In this document: piece after piece, positions 38,301-46,697 of the stretch | Position numbering within the stretch: position 1 is the first letter of the stretch | How the letters are laid out: every line of letters starts with the position of its first letter | The notes under the pieces: model-generated | Seen by the model: the letters and a program-made list of their open reading frames with translations, nothing else | Databases searched by the model: none | Told to the model about the DNA's origin: nothing | Position numbers and translations under genes: made by a program | Assembly (NCBI GenBank): GCA_963790305.1 | Contig: CAWBOC010000005.1 | Location: 1-64,000 of the forward strand | Length of the DNA stretch: 64,000 bases | Reading direction: 5' to 3' | Origin: an uncultured Gemmatimonadaceae bacterium | GTDB taxonomy: Bacteria > Gemmatimonadota > Gemmatimonadetes > Gemmatimonadales > Gemmatimonadaceae

Positions 38301-40326
38301 CCTGGTGCTCGACCACGAGCTCGGCCAGCAATGCGACGCTCGCCCGCGCTCCCGAGGTGTCGACCTCCACCTTCCTCGAGCGCGGTGCAGGCCAGTCGGG
38401 GAGCGCGTCGGAGTCGACGAGCCCGAGCGCATCGTCGGTCGTCGCGATCTCACGTTCTTCCCCAAGAATGGCCGCGACGTGCGCGCGCTCCTCATCGGTG
38501 AGCGTAGGATGCTCGGCGGCGTACCGTTCGATACGGGAGCGCACGTTGGCGATCGCACGGTCATTCTCCGCGGCGTCACGCAATAGCTCGAGCCCGCCGA
38601 GTCGCCTGGCATCACTCGCGTCGGCGAGAAGTCGGTCGGCCGTCTCGAGCACTGCCTTGTCGGGCAAGGTACGCAGGCGCGCGAGACAGCCATTGCGGAG
38701 GTCACCCGGCTTGCGCCCGAGGAGGTCGATCAGGCGGTCGACCTCGTCCCGCTCGAGCGGAAGCTCCTTCATCGCCTCGAATGCCGTCTTGCGAACCTCC
38801 GCCGACGCATCGCCTAACAGCTCCAGCGTCAGCGAACGCTCGGTCGCCGACAGCTTGCGCTTCTTCTTCCGCTCCGCGGGATCCTTGAAGCCCCATCGCG
38901 GAGCGATATCGGCCACGCGGCGAATGAAGGCGTCACGCTCATGGGGCTTCAGCTCCGGTACGTATGGCAACATCCGCTCAGCGGGCACGGCGGCGACGTT
39001 CGCCGCCATCGCCGACGCAATGACCGGCTTCTCCAGCTTGCGCTTCCACCAGGGCCAGACGAGCGCATCCAGCGTCTGCGACCGCTTGGGCGTGCGCTTG
39101 ATCAGCTCCTCGAGGCGGTCGAAGAGCAGCTTGCCATCGACGAGCAATGTGACGTCAACGCCAAAGAGGTCGAGTGCGCGGGCCGCGATGCGCAGATCGG
39201 GATCGGCGAGCATCGGCACGAGCGGCGGGAACGCCGACGTCCAGAGCGCCTGCACGAGAAAATGCGTCGCGACGAAGCGGATCTCGGCCGACGGCGACGA
39301 GAGGAGTGTGCTCGCCGGCGCGATCGCCGCGTCAATGTCCTCGAACGCGATGCTCCACAGGGCGAGGTACACTGTCTCCGCGTCGGACTCATCGAGCGCG
39401 GCCTTTCGTGCGGCGGAGTTATCGAGGAAGGTGAGCACTCGCTCGAGTACCGAGTCGATCTTCACCGCGCTCGCGCCATCCCACATGAAGCCGAACCAGG
39501 TATCGGCCGCGCGCACCACCGAGGAAAAGCGCGAGAGGTTCTCGTCGCGAATGAGGCGCAGCATGCGGCGGAACGCCTCGGGATGTGACTCGTCGACACT
39601 CTCGAGGATCGCCTGACGAAGGCCTTCCTGTCGCTGCGCAGCGAGCAGGAGTCGCTCGACGAACTCCCACGCCTCGGGGCGACTCGAGCTCATGAGCGCC
39701 TGCGTCACGGGGCGGCCCATCTGTCCGATTTCGTGCTCGCCCTGAGCGGAGGCGATGAGGATGTCGTAGACCTCCTGCCCGGTCTTGCCTCCCATATCAA
39801 TGGCGCCGGCGAGCAGCCAGCCGATGTCGATGGCGCCCCACCAGCTGGCGAGGTGCGCCGACCGTTCGGCGACCCATTTGATGTCGGCGTCGTATTCGCC
39901 GACGAGCGATGTCGCCGAGAGGAGCCATCGCCCGCGGACATCAGCGAGCGTCTTGGGTGACCGCGGGCTACGGAAGGGCTTCCGAGCGACGCCGCTCTGC
40001 CAGGGGCGATGGACGAGGATGCGGCAGGCCAATGTCGCGCTGGGTGCGAGCTGTGGAAGCAGCATTTCAATGACGCGCTTCCAGTCTGCGTCCGAGTAAG
40101 ACTCGAAGAGATCGCCGAGCTCTCCGCGCTTGTCGGCGATGAGCGACGGCGCCGTGTAGGACTGTGCGGAGAAGACCTCCTCGACCAGTGCGCGAAACTG
40201 GCGGGGGATGCCGCGTCCGGAGAGAGCCGAGGCGATTCTATTGAGCCCGCCGAGTCGTTGCAGGACGACTCCCGGCTTGCGTCTCGCCTCGATCTCCGCT
40301 CGTACGCGATCCTGGTCCATCGTCAT
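35371..40326 (-). CDS. Large DUF4132 (DUF5724-type) protein with HEAT-like repeats
   Basis: QRQEGLRQAILE, RFSSVVRA, FGSQRQQSE, RLQWAME, HPMDL..W..WQ, QPFKQVFRELY, RYAGHQV, LFLPFADDDPKTAEVLTK. Confidence 0.85.
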   Translation of the reverse strand: MTMDQDRVRAEIEARRKPGVVLQRLGGLNRIASALSGRGIPRQFRALVEEVFSAQSYTAPSLIADKRGELGDLFESYSDADWKRVIEMLLPQLAPSATLACRILVHRPWQSGVARKPFRSPRSPKTLADVRGRWLLSATSLVGEYDADIKWVAERSAHLASWWGAIDIGWLLAGAIDMGGKTGQEVYDILIASAQGEHEIGQMGRPVTQALMSSSRPEAWEFVERLLLAAQRQEGLRQAILESVDESHPEAFRRMLRLIRDENLSRFSSVVRAADTWFGFMWDGASAVKIDSVLERVLTFLDNSAARKAALDESDAETVYLALWSIAFEDIDAAIAPASTLLSSPSAEIRFVATHFLVQALWTSAFPPLVPMLADPDLRIAARALDLFGVDVTLLVDGKLLFDRLEELIKRTPKRSQTLDALVWPWWKRKLEKPVIASAMAANVAAVPAERMLPYVPELKPHERDAFIRRVADIAPRWGFKDPAERKKKRKLSATERSLTLELLGDASAEVRKTAFEAMKELPLERDEVDRLIDLLGRKPGDLRNGCLARLRTLPDKAVLETADRLLADASDARRLGGLELLRDAAENDRAIANVRSRIERYAAEHPTLTDEERAHVAAILGEEREIATTDDALGLVDSDALPDWPAPRSRKVEVDTSGARASVALLAELVVEHQATEVRTPSGETKLLVESGAWGFGPRKLEPSEKREAIALETVWRAWLDKRPASLRDPDGLEILRALLTDADTGPWKSPPVKKVVAIGQYSAGSHFLRGLLAWCIAWDPPKGGVDFLLDGLESSLAELSEADYREIATQKRGAISAFTLFGENRPAFQRKLERADVWLRRLRWWRDLFPSSVQATHAKRLYGLLRHFEKKSNAFDALRLTLDDVAEAHRAGAMSEPEFIDLMVGGGSRHSRSSLLLAASTRKPARAIAGHPELLALVDRCRRRVVEVECTRGDRETAASALAGQLRWTGGLDTLSQALPALGKSHFARTVSWTDSTSRQQTLSHSVVRSVPRAEDTIDAFAEWARKARIREARLVELAVYAPQWAAHVNHVLGWPGLEEAVWWIEAHTKDDRSWQLAEMKEIWAAEVSERTHLSAADLTEGAVDVAWFRAVYETLGAERWKALDTAAKYAASSGGHTRAQLFARAMAGLVTRHDVLSRIDASRHQDSVRALGLLPLTEGEKGREDLRQRYVRLQEFKREARKFGSQRQQSEGRAVAIGLANLARTAGYRDPQRLQWAMERETVADLAHGSVVRVKGDVTLTLSIDADGVPSLTTTKNGKALKTLPAALKKDADVVELKDRLQELKRQRSRVRDALEEAMCRGDRFRSPELRELVDHPILAPALSRLVFVGDGVAGYLAEGGRVLRDHSGAAHALGNDEEVRIAHPMDLFERGDWSAWQHECFRAERVQPFKQVFRELYPMTDAEREAVQSRRYAGHQVNPRQALALLGGRGWVARPEEGVSRTFHEAGLTVRLGFQEAFYTPADIEGLTLEDVVFTPKGSWKELALRDIPPLLFSEAMRDLDLVVSVAHRGGVDPEATASTVEMRATLVKETCELLGLANVELKANHAMVRGELGTYSVHLGSAGVSLMPGTAIPIVAVHSQHRGRLFLPFADDDPKTAEVLTKVLMLARDRDIRDPNILEWIRAAKQ

Positions 40327-40751
40327 GCCCCGGCGAGAAAGGTCAGTCGCAGGAAGACCATGCGGCTCTCGGCGTTGACGTACACTTGGCGATCGAGGTC
40401 ACGCTGCTCTTCCCCGTCGAGAATGACGAGATACAGCCCGTCCTCGAAACCCTGGAGCGCGGCGCCGACCGCAGAGTCCTCGTCGACGGTGCCAGAGGGG
40501 GCGCGACCCCCCGAGTCGATCTTGCCCTTGGTTGCACCTTCGGAGATCTCCTGATCGGAGAGGACGCGGATCAGGCGCCGTGCGCGCTCACGCTTCTCGA
40601 ACGCGCTCACCTCGGAGCGGACGACGCGCGTGATCAGCTCTCGGAGGGTGAGGGGGCCGCCGTCGGACGAATCCTGGCCAGGCGGCGTGGGGATGGACCA
40701 GCCATCGAGTGGGCGGACCTTCTTCCCGATGACGCGCGTCTCGACGAACAT
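40323..40751 (-). CDS. Conserved hypothetical partner of the DUF4132 protein
   Basis: TLRELITRVVRSEV..F..R, GKIDSGG, ALQGFEDGLYLVILDG, FLRLTFLAG; ATGA overlap with the downstream gene. Confidence 0.85.
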   Translation of the reverse strand: MFVETRVIGKKVRPLDGWSIPTPPGQDSSDGGPLTLRELITRVVRSEVSAFEKRERARRLIRVLSDQEISEGATKGKIDSGGRAPSGTVDEDSAVGAALQGFEDGLYLVILDGEEQRDLDRQVYVNAESRMVFLRLTFLAGA

Positions 40752-40797
40752 GAGTCGAGAAGATGGAGGAGTGCGCGCGGCGCTCGCTAGAGAGAAC

Positions 40798-40882
40798 GGG
40801 CGCTGGGAAAGCGCTGAGGGCGCTGGAAAAGCGCTAAGAACCCCAGCGCTTTTCCAGCGCTCCTAGCGCCATTCCAGCGCCC
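40798..40882. repeat. Palindromic element of GCGCTG 9-10-nt units
   Basis: GGGCGCTGGGAAAGCGCTGAGGGCGCTGGAAAAGCGCT / AGCGCTTTTCCAGCGCTCCTAGCGCCATTCCAGCGCCC. Confidence 0.85.
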
Positions 40883-40893
40883 TCACTTTCTCT

Positions 40894-41814
40894 TCAGTTC
40901 CCGTTCTTGTTGCTCCCCGGCTTCGTTGTGCCCGCGTGAATCTCCGACTGCGCGACCTGCCCACCACCGGGACCCCAGCCCGTCTTGCCCACGCGGTCGG
41001 GCACTGTGATCAGGACTTCGGCCGCATTGTTGTCGTAGTTGCTCTCGGCGAACATGTGGCAGCTCCCCTTCGAATCCAGGGCGGGACAGGGCTCGCCGCG
41101 CTGCCGTGCGAACGGAGGATTGACCGTCACCCGGATCATGTACCGTCCCGGCCCGATCGGCTCCGTCTTGTCCGTAAGGAGGAAGAACTGGCCGGACAGC
41201 CACTTGAAGTACGTGTCGGAGTAGCCCACCGAGATCCCCTGGAACCCGTCGACCGTCGTCGTGCCGCAGTTGCGATACACCCACGTGCCCGGCGGCTCGT
41301 TCTCCTTGTAGGGATCGACGTCGATCATGCAGAAGCCGCGCTTGCGCGCCTGAATTGCCGGCCCGCTGATCTCGCCGGCGCCGTCGACTGGGAAGATCTC
41401 GTACGTCGCGTAGTTACGGAAATGAAAGTGCTGGTGGCAGTCGGCGAACTCATACAGCCCATCGCTGTCGCTAAAGTCCCCATCGCGATTCGGGTCGGCG
41501 TGATCGAGCGGGCTGCCGATGAAGACGTCGGCCGTGCCAATGTTGGGCGTCGCAACGGTAAAGCGCAGCGTACGGTGCGTTCCTGCCTCGAATCCCCCCT
41601 CGATCGCGGTGCAGCTCGTCGGCGCGAAGGTCTCTTCGTAGATCACCCACGAGTTGGCGAGCTTGTGCTGGTTGACGATCAGGTCCGGCATGCCGTCGAG
41701 ATCTTGCACGCGAGCCAGCGACGGCGCGGACGGCGTGCTCGCGGTACGGTCCGACGGTGAGGTACAGGTGACGACGCTCGCCGAGGCGAGCATGACCATC
41801 AGGGTTTTGCGCAT
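40894..41814 (-). CDS. Lysyl oxidase family lipoprotein
   Basis: PDLI, LRFTVATPNIGTAD, CHQHFHF, KRGFCMID, QGISVGYSDTY..L.GQ, VTVNP, ESNYDNN. Confidence 0.88.
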   Translation of the reverse strand: MRKTLMVMLASASVVTCTSPSDRTASTPSAPSLARVQDLDGMPDLIVNQHKLANSWVIYEETFAPTSCTAIEGGFEAGTHRTLRFTVATPNIGTADVFIGSPLDHADPNRDGDFSDSDGLYEFADCHQHFHFRNYATYEIFPVDGAGEISGPAIQARKRGFCMIDVDPYKENEPPGTWVYRNCGTTTVDGFQGISVGYSDTYFKWLSGQFFLLTDKTEPIGPGRYMIRVTVNPPFARQRGEPCPALDSKGSCHMFAESNYDNNAAEVLITVPDRVGKTGWGPGGGQVAQSEIHAGTTKPGSNKNGN

Positions 41815-41879
41815 GGTGCACCTCTGTCTCTCTCAGGTAAGTCTTCTGACGAGCTTGTACGCGCCGAGCGAAGAAGCGG

Positions 41880-41950
41880 TTTTCAACGCGCAGGACGCGG
41901 AGGACGCGGAGGCATTACCCTCTGCGTCCTCTGCGTCCTCTGCGTTCAAA
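41880..41950. repeat. Short-core copy of the CGCAGAGG palindromic element
   Basis: TTTTCAACGCGCAGGACGCGGAGGACGCGGAGG / CCTCTGCGTCCTCTGCGTCCTCTGCGTTCAAA. Confidence 0.85.
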
Positions 41951-41991
41951 GGTCCGTTCTTACTCCGTTCACGATGCTGGTACCGGTGCCT

Positions 41992-43059
41992 CTACTTCGT
42001 AGCGGTGACCGCCCCGAGCTCATCTCGAATCTGCTTGAGCGGGCTGTAGATGAAGGTCCGGTTGTCCGAGCTTCCACCCCAGAGGATGCCGACGAGCTGC
42101 ACGTTGTCGCCACTCGTAATGCGGAAGACCGGCGATCCGCTGTCTCCCGAGCCGACCACGGTCGCGCCACCGGGATTGCTCACGAACGTCTGGCAGAGCT
42201 GCGCGATGTTCGAGCCGGAGACGGCGGTGTGCACACAGGTACGCGTGACTTCCCCCTGCGTCCAGCCCGTGGTGCGGCCGACCTTGTTCACGACCGTGCC
42301 GAGGGCAAAGTTGGTCGTCGAGTTGTCCTGGGAAGAGACCGTGAACACTCCGCCAACCGTGAGCGAGCCGTTGTTGACTCCCGTCGTCTTGAGAATGTCG
42401 CCCTGGTTGGAGGCGACGCCGCTGGCGTAGAGCGCGCGCGAAGCGTCGCTGTAACGGCACTTCTTCCCCTTCGGACACGCGCCACCGCGGAAGTACGTCG
42501 GGTCAGCGGCCTCGGTGGCGATCACGGTGCCGTTGACGCTGCTCAGTGGCTGGTAGTACTGCGTTCCTTCGACGCCGCCCTGCCGATTCGTGCAGTGTGA
42601 GTTGGTGACGAACGAGCGGCCGGCCGTGTGCGAGACGTTGAAGCCCATCGTGCACAGGTACTGGCCGAAGTGGATCTGGATGCCGGCCTGCGTCGGGCGG
42701 AACACGTCGCGCAGCGTGGCCATCTGGTATATGGGCTCCGTCAGCTGGACCTCGTACGCGTCGCTCGGAATGCCGTGTCTGGAGAGCGCGACGCGAATGC
42801 CGGGAATCGCAGCGGCGTTGTGCACACCGAACACGAGTTTGTTGGCTCTTTCGTCGTGATCGGCGAATACGGCGCCGGGGAGCGCCATCACCTCCGGCGA
42901 CGCCTGATCGAACCACGAGGCGAGGCGGTCTTTCCCGCCCTGCGCGGCGAGGCTGACGTCAGGCGACGGAGCGGTGGGCGACGCCGCATCGGCGCACGCG
43001 GAGACGAGGGCGATGCACGCAACAATCGACACGCGCTGCACAATTTGCTTCCGGATCAT
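41992..43059 (-). CDS. S1-family (alpha-lytic-like) serine protease lipoprotein
   Basis: VSAC lipobox; CTMGF, VTNSHC, YSDA, KVGRTTGWTQG, GDSGSP. Confidence 0.9.
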   Translation of the reverse strand: MIRKQIVQRVSIVACIALVSACADAASPTAPSPDVSLAAQGGKDRLASWFDQASPEVMALPGAVFADHDERANKLVFGVHNAAAIPGIRVALSRHGIPSDAYEVQLTEPIYQMATLRDVFRPTQAGIQIHFGQYLCTMGFNVSHTAGRSFVTNSHCTNRQGGVEGTQYYQPLSSVNGTVIATEAADPTYFRGGACPKGKKCRYSDASRALYASGVASNQGDILKTTGVNNGSLTVGGVFTVSSQDNSTTNFALGTVVNKVGRTTGWTQGEVTRTCVHTAVSGSNIAQLCQTFVSNPGGATVVGSGDSGSPVFRITSGDNVQLVGILWGGSSDNRTFIYSPLKQIRDELGAVTATK

Positions 43060-43131
43060 GGATACCTCTCTGGTATCGTGAGGCTCGGGAGATCTTGGCT
43101 CCGGCATCGAAGCCTGTCAGGCGGGCGCCAA

Positions 43132-43159
43132 ACATTAGTTTGGCGGGCGAGAGTGTCAA
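43132..43159 (-). promoter_or_regulatory. Candidate sigma70 promoter for the protease gene
   Basis: Minus-strand TTGACA (43159-43154), 16-nt spacer, TAATGT (43137-43132). Confidence 0.5.
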
Positions 43160-43169
43160 TAGATATGTG

Positions 43170-43221
43170 AAAAAGGAACGAGGAAGTCGATTGGAGGTCT
43201 CCAACCCACTTCCTCGTTCCT
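43170..43221 (-). terminator. Intrinsic terminator-like hairpin
   Basis: AGGAACGAGGAAGT / ACTTCCTCGTTCCT stem followed on the minus strand by a T-run; 40 nt after the stop at 43261. Confidence 0.6.
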
Positions 43222-43260
43222 CGTTCGAAGTCTAGCTACGGTGCAGCGACCCTACTGAAG

Positions 43261-45048
43261 TCAGTCGCAGTGCGCCGGTCCGATCTTCCCGTTGTTGTAA
43301 TCGTCCAAGGTCGCGGCCCATGCCAGCACCTGCTGTCGCTGACTGGAAGACAACATGCCCCAGTCCGCGGCGGCATGCGTCGCAAGAAAGCCGTCGGCCT
43401 GCGTGATCGTCTGCAGGACCGCCGAGCCACTCGCACCGCTCGCGATGTTCAGCTTGGCCGCAAGAAGCTGCGCGTACAGCTTGTTGATGCCGTTCGATGC
43501 ATCCCCGCTCTTGTCGAGTAGGGCGACGGCGAACGCGGCAGTCGTGACGTGCACGCTCCTCGTCCCACCGCTCGTCCCCAGCCACTGCGGCAACAGCGGC
43601 GTCACCACGTCGGCTTGCGGTCCAAGACCCGCGTGGTTCTTCCAGTAGCCAATCGTGCGCGTGCACGCATCGCCGGTCGGCGGCGGCGGCGGCGCGCCGC
43701 ACGCACCGACACCCAGGCGCCCTTCGTTGTACGCCGTCAGCCTGGCAACCCATTCCACGATCGCTCGGCGCTCCGACTCCGAGATCGAATCCCAATCCTG
43801 CCAGTTGTGCGTGGTGAGGAAGATGTCCGCCGCAATGCGAGCCTCGCGGATCGGACGCGGATCGCTGCCGCGCGCAATGTTGAGCTTCGCGACGAACAGC
43901 TGGGTATATAGCTCACCAATTGGATTCGTCACTCCGGCACGCCCGAATACGAAGCGGATCGGGTCGCGTGAGGAGATCATCAACGTCTTCGTGCCTTCCG
44001 GAGCACCCAGGAAGATCGCCAGGTACTGTGTCACCGAGTCGGGCTCGGCCGCGGTGGCGCCGTAGTGCGTCTTCCACCACTGCTCATTCTGAACGCAGAT
44101 CCCGCCGCCCGGAGGCGGACAGTCGCCGGTCGTGATGACGAGCGTTCCCGACACATCACGGATCTCGCCGCCCGGCGGCTTGGGGCCACCTTCGCGAAGG
44201 GGCTCGTCGATCTTGTAGATGAACGTCTGCTCGCACACGCCTTCGTTCTTGACGTCCACCATGAAGGACATGCCGAGATGTCCGGTCGCCGTCGGCGGCG
44301 CGATCCGCTGGTCGCGCGGGATGGCGTCCGCTGACGTGCACAGGAAGTCCGGACCGAGCGTCTTGTCACAGCCCGCGTACGCGCCGTCGCGCATCCACGC
44401 TTCGCCATCGACCTCGAGCGTGCCCTGCGACTGGGGCAATCCGAACCCCGCCGCGGCCTCAGCGACGCGAATACCACTCAGTGCGCCGACACCAGCAACG
44501 ACGCGGTACTCGACGTTCGACTTCGCATCGAAGAGAACCTCGTACGGAACACAGCGTGTCTCGTTCGATTCGAGTGCCTTCTCCGACTTGATGGTGGCGC
44601 TCGCACCGGCGACCGGTGCGAAGCTTCCGCCGTTCCTGGCCATCACCTGCTCGACGACGAGGAAGCCGGGAATCGAGCGGGAACCGGTATTCGTCACGCA
44701 CGTCTCGCCGCGTACTCCCTTCGCGACTTCATCCGACGTGAGGCGGCGCTGTGCATCGACCTGCCAGGTGATCCAGACCGTCTGGCCAGGACGAATCTCC
44801 ACGCGGTCGCGCTCCGGAAGCAGACGCATGTCGTGGCCGATATGGATCTCGCTCACGTACCGCTGTGCGGTCCAGTCGTACTCGACGCGACGTTCCCAGA
44901 CGCCTTGGGACGTCTGCGTCGCCGCGAGCGAGCTCCTTCCGTTGCCAGCCGCGCGGAGCAGATCCGCGGTGTCGGGTGAGAGTGGTGAATCGTGGCAAGC
45001 GACCGCGAATGCTGCCGCTGCGATGGGGACCCCAAATGCGTACCGCAT
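43261..45048 (-). CDS. Hypothetical lipoprotein with a tandemly duplicated C-terminal domain
   Basis: AVAC lipobox; 2x C...[WY]WK.H...LY.QL..AKLNIA.G...L..YN.G..G...C. Confidence 0.8.
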   Translation of the reverse strand: MRYAFGVPIAAAAFAVACHDSPLSPDTADLLRAAGNGRSSLAATQTSQGVWERRVEYDWTAQRYVSEIHIGHDMRLLPERDRVEIRPGQTVWITWQVDAQRRLTSDEVAKGVRGETCVTNTGSRSIPGFLVVEQVMARNGGSFAPVAGASATIKSEKALESNETRCVPYEVLFDAKSNVEYRVVAGVGALSGIRVAEAAAGFGLPQSQGTLEVDGEAWMRDGAYAGCDKTLGPDFLCTSADAIPRDQRIAPPTATGHLGMSFMVDVKNEGVCEQTFIYKIDEPLREGGPKPPGGEIRDVSGTLVITTGDCPPPGGGICVQNEQWWKTHYGATAAEPDSVTQYLAIFLGAPEGTKTLMISSRDPIRFVFGRAGVTNPIGELYTQLFVAKLNIARGSDPRPIREARIAADIFLTTHNWQDWDSISESERRAIVEWVARLTAYNEGRLGVGACGAPPPPPTGDACTRTIGYWKNHAGLGPQADVVTPLLPQWLGTSGGTRSVHVTTAAFAVALLDKSGDASNGINKLYAQLLAAKLNIASGASGSAVLQTITQADGFLATHAAADWGMLSSSQRQQVLAWAATLDDYNNGKIGPAHCD

Positions 45049-45105
45049 GCTACGTCTCCTACGAATTAGTGTCGTGTTGCGATCACTCCGTGATCCGGTT
45101 GTCGT

Positions 45106-46374
45106 TTACTCGATCGCGCCCGCGTAGGCGCGTGCGATCTCCGCTTGAAGGAACAGGTCTCCGCGCTCGAGTGCGCGGTCCGCGGCACGAATGCCAATCG
45201 TCATGCCCGCTTCAGCATCGAAGCGGTAGTGAATTCCAGCGTACACGCGCGAGTCACACGCCTCGACAGCCATGCGCTCGAGATCCTCGGCTTCACTCGG
45301 AAAGAGTGCGGCCAGCACCTCGGCGCCGGCACCCGACATGCACGCGTGTCCCGACGGATAAGAGGGATGCGGCGGTTGACCGATCGGGGTCGTGATCGCC
45401 GGATCGGCCTGCCATGGACGGACGAGCCAGTAGGCAAACTTCGAGTCCCAGCAGCCGATGACCGCATCTGCCATCGCGATATTCATGAGCGCGAGCGTAC
45501 GCGCGGCGCTGAGCTCGGCGACACCGCGCTCCTGAATGAGCTGCGCCGCGATGGCGTTCCAATGCCCCGCCGGTGTATAGGTGCCCGCGCCGTCGGCCCA
45601 GAACCTGGCCGTTTCCATCTGCGCCGGCGTCCTCGAATCAGCGATCTGCCGTACTTCCGCGAGGCCATCACGAAATTCCTGTGAATTGAAGGCCGGTGGA
45701 GGCGAGGCTCGCAGCTCGCTCCCCGAATCCCAGAGCCATGGCCGCACCAGCCCCCACGCCGGAAGCTGCGGCGCATTTCCGGTCCAGTAGCCATCCCCGT
45801 TAGGCAGCGTGCCAGTCCAGGCGGCGTTCCAGCCGTCGGCGTCGGCACGTGTCGCGAGGCTCGCCGCGATCCGCGTCCCAATCGCGGCCGCCCTCTCGAT
45901 TGCCGGCATCTCGATCGATTGGCCGCGCAGAGCGGCCAGTTCGGCACTCAGCTCGTGCTCGATACGCACCGAGTGCAATGGAAAGAGCTTCCGAAGCACG
46001 TGCGCCGAGGCGGTAGCGATGGCGGCGCGTGATGGGCTTTGCGCGTCTCGGAGCGACTCGAGGGACGGCACCGTCCCCGGCCGAATACCACGGGCGGCGA
46101 CGGCGGACGCGTACTGCGCGATGCTCAGATAGGCGTATGCGCGGCCAGCGATCGGGGGCGCGGCGCGATCGATCGTGACGAGCTCCCGGGCGAGCGCGTT
46201 CCAGCGTACGCTTGTCCCCGCTTCCTCAGGAACCGGAGCGGTGACGCCGCCGTCAGAGCACGAAAGCGCGGCTGCGGCAAGCAGAAGCGCGATCGAAAAG
46301 CGAGCAGGGCTCTGGCGGAGATGACGGGGTATCGGTGGCGACGCGGTGCGTCCCACCCGTTGCTGAATGTCCAT
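45106..46374 (-). CDS. Vanadium-dependent haloperoxidase / PAP2 phosphatase family lipoprotein
   Basis: KFAYWLVRP, HPSYPSGH, SRVYAGIHY; ALSC lipobox; start uncertain. Confidence 0.88.
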   Translation of the reverse strand: MDIQQRVGRTASPPIPRHLRQSPARFSIALLLAAAALSCSDGGVTAPVPEEAGTSVRWNALARELVTIDRAAPPIAGRAYAYLSIAQYASAVAARGIRPGTVPSLESLRDAQSPSRAAIATASAHVLRKLFPLHSVRIEHELSAELAALRGQSIEMPAIERAAAIGTRIAASLATRADADGWNAAWTGTLPNGDGYWTGNAPQLPAWGLVRPWLWDSGSELRASPPPAFNSQEFRDGLAEVRQIADSRTPAQMETARFWADGAGTYTPAGHWNAIAAQLIQERGVAELSAARTLALMNIAMADAVIGCWDSKFAYWLVRPWQADPAITTPIGQPPHPSYPSGHACMSGAGAEVLAALFPSEAEDLERMAVEACDSRVYAGIHYRFDAEAGMTIGIRAADRALERGDLFLQAEIARAYAGAIE

Positions 46375-46588
46375 CGGCCGACCGTTGGCGTGAAAAGACG
46401 TCGTTCGTGCAGGAAATCGCCGTGCACGTGCGCCTTACCAGTGCTCGGCCGCGCCCTTGTGATAGGGGGCGTCGACGCCGAGTGTCCTGGCTCACACCAA
46501 AGCAAGAAGGCTGCCAGCGGAAACGTATGTAGGCAAGCGACAGTTTTCGCGCTGGCAGCGTCGTTCTGGACGCGGTGAAGGCCTTAAC

Positions 46589-46652
46589 GCCGAAGGAGCG
46601 AGGGAAATTGACCGGACGAGAACCCGTCCAATCAATTCCCTCACTCCTCGGC
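46589..46652. terminator. Imperfect hairpin downstream of the gene ending at 46698
   Basis: GCCGAAGGAGCGAGGGAAATTGA / TCAATTCCCTCACTCCTCGGC. Confidence 0.45.
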
Positions 46653-46697
46653 CCTCATACCTCATTTACGACAGGAACCTGCTCCTACCGCAGCAAG

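Noticed and set aside
455..41950. Consistent G-U wobble polarity in CGCAGAGG hairpins implying a plus-strand RNA
   Set aside because: Only three informative copies, the polarity does not match flanking gene direction at 41880, and the 51935 element is mixed. Insufficient evidence.
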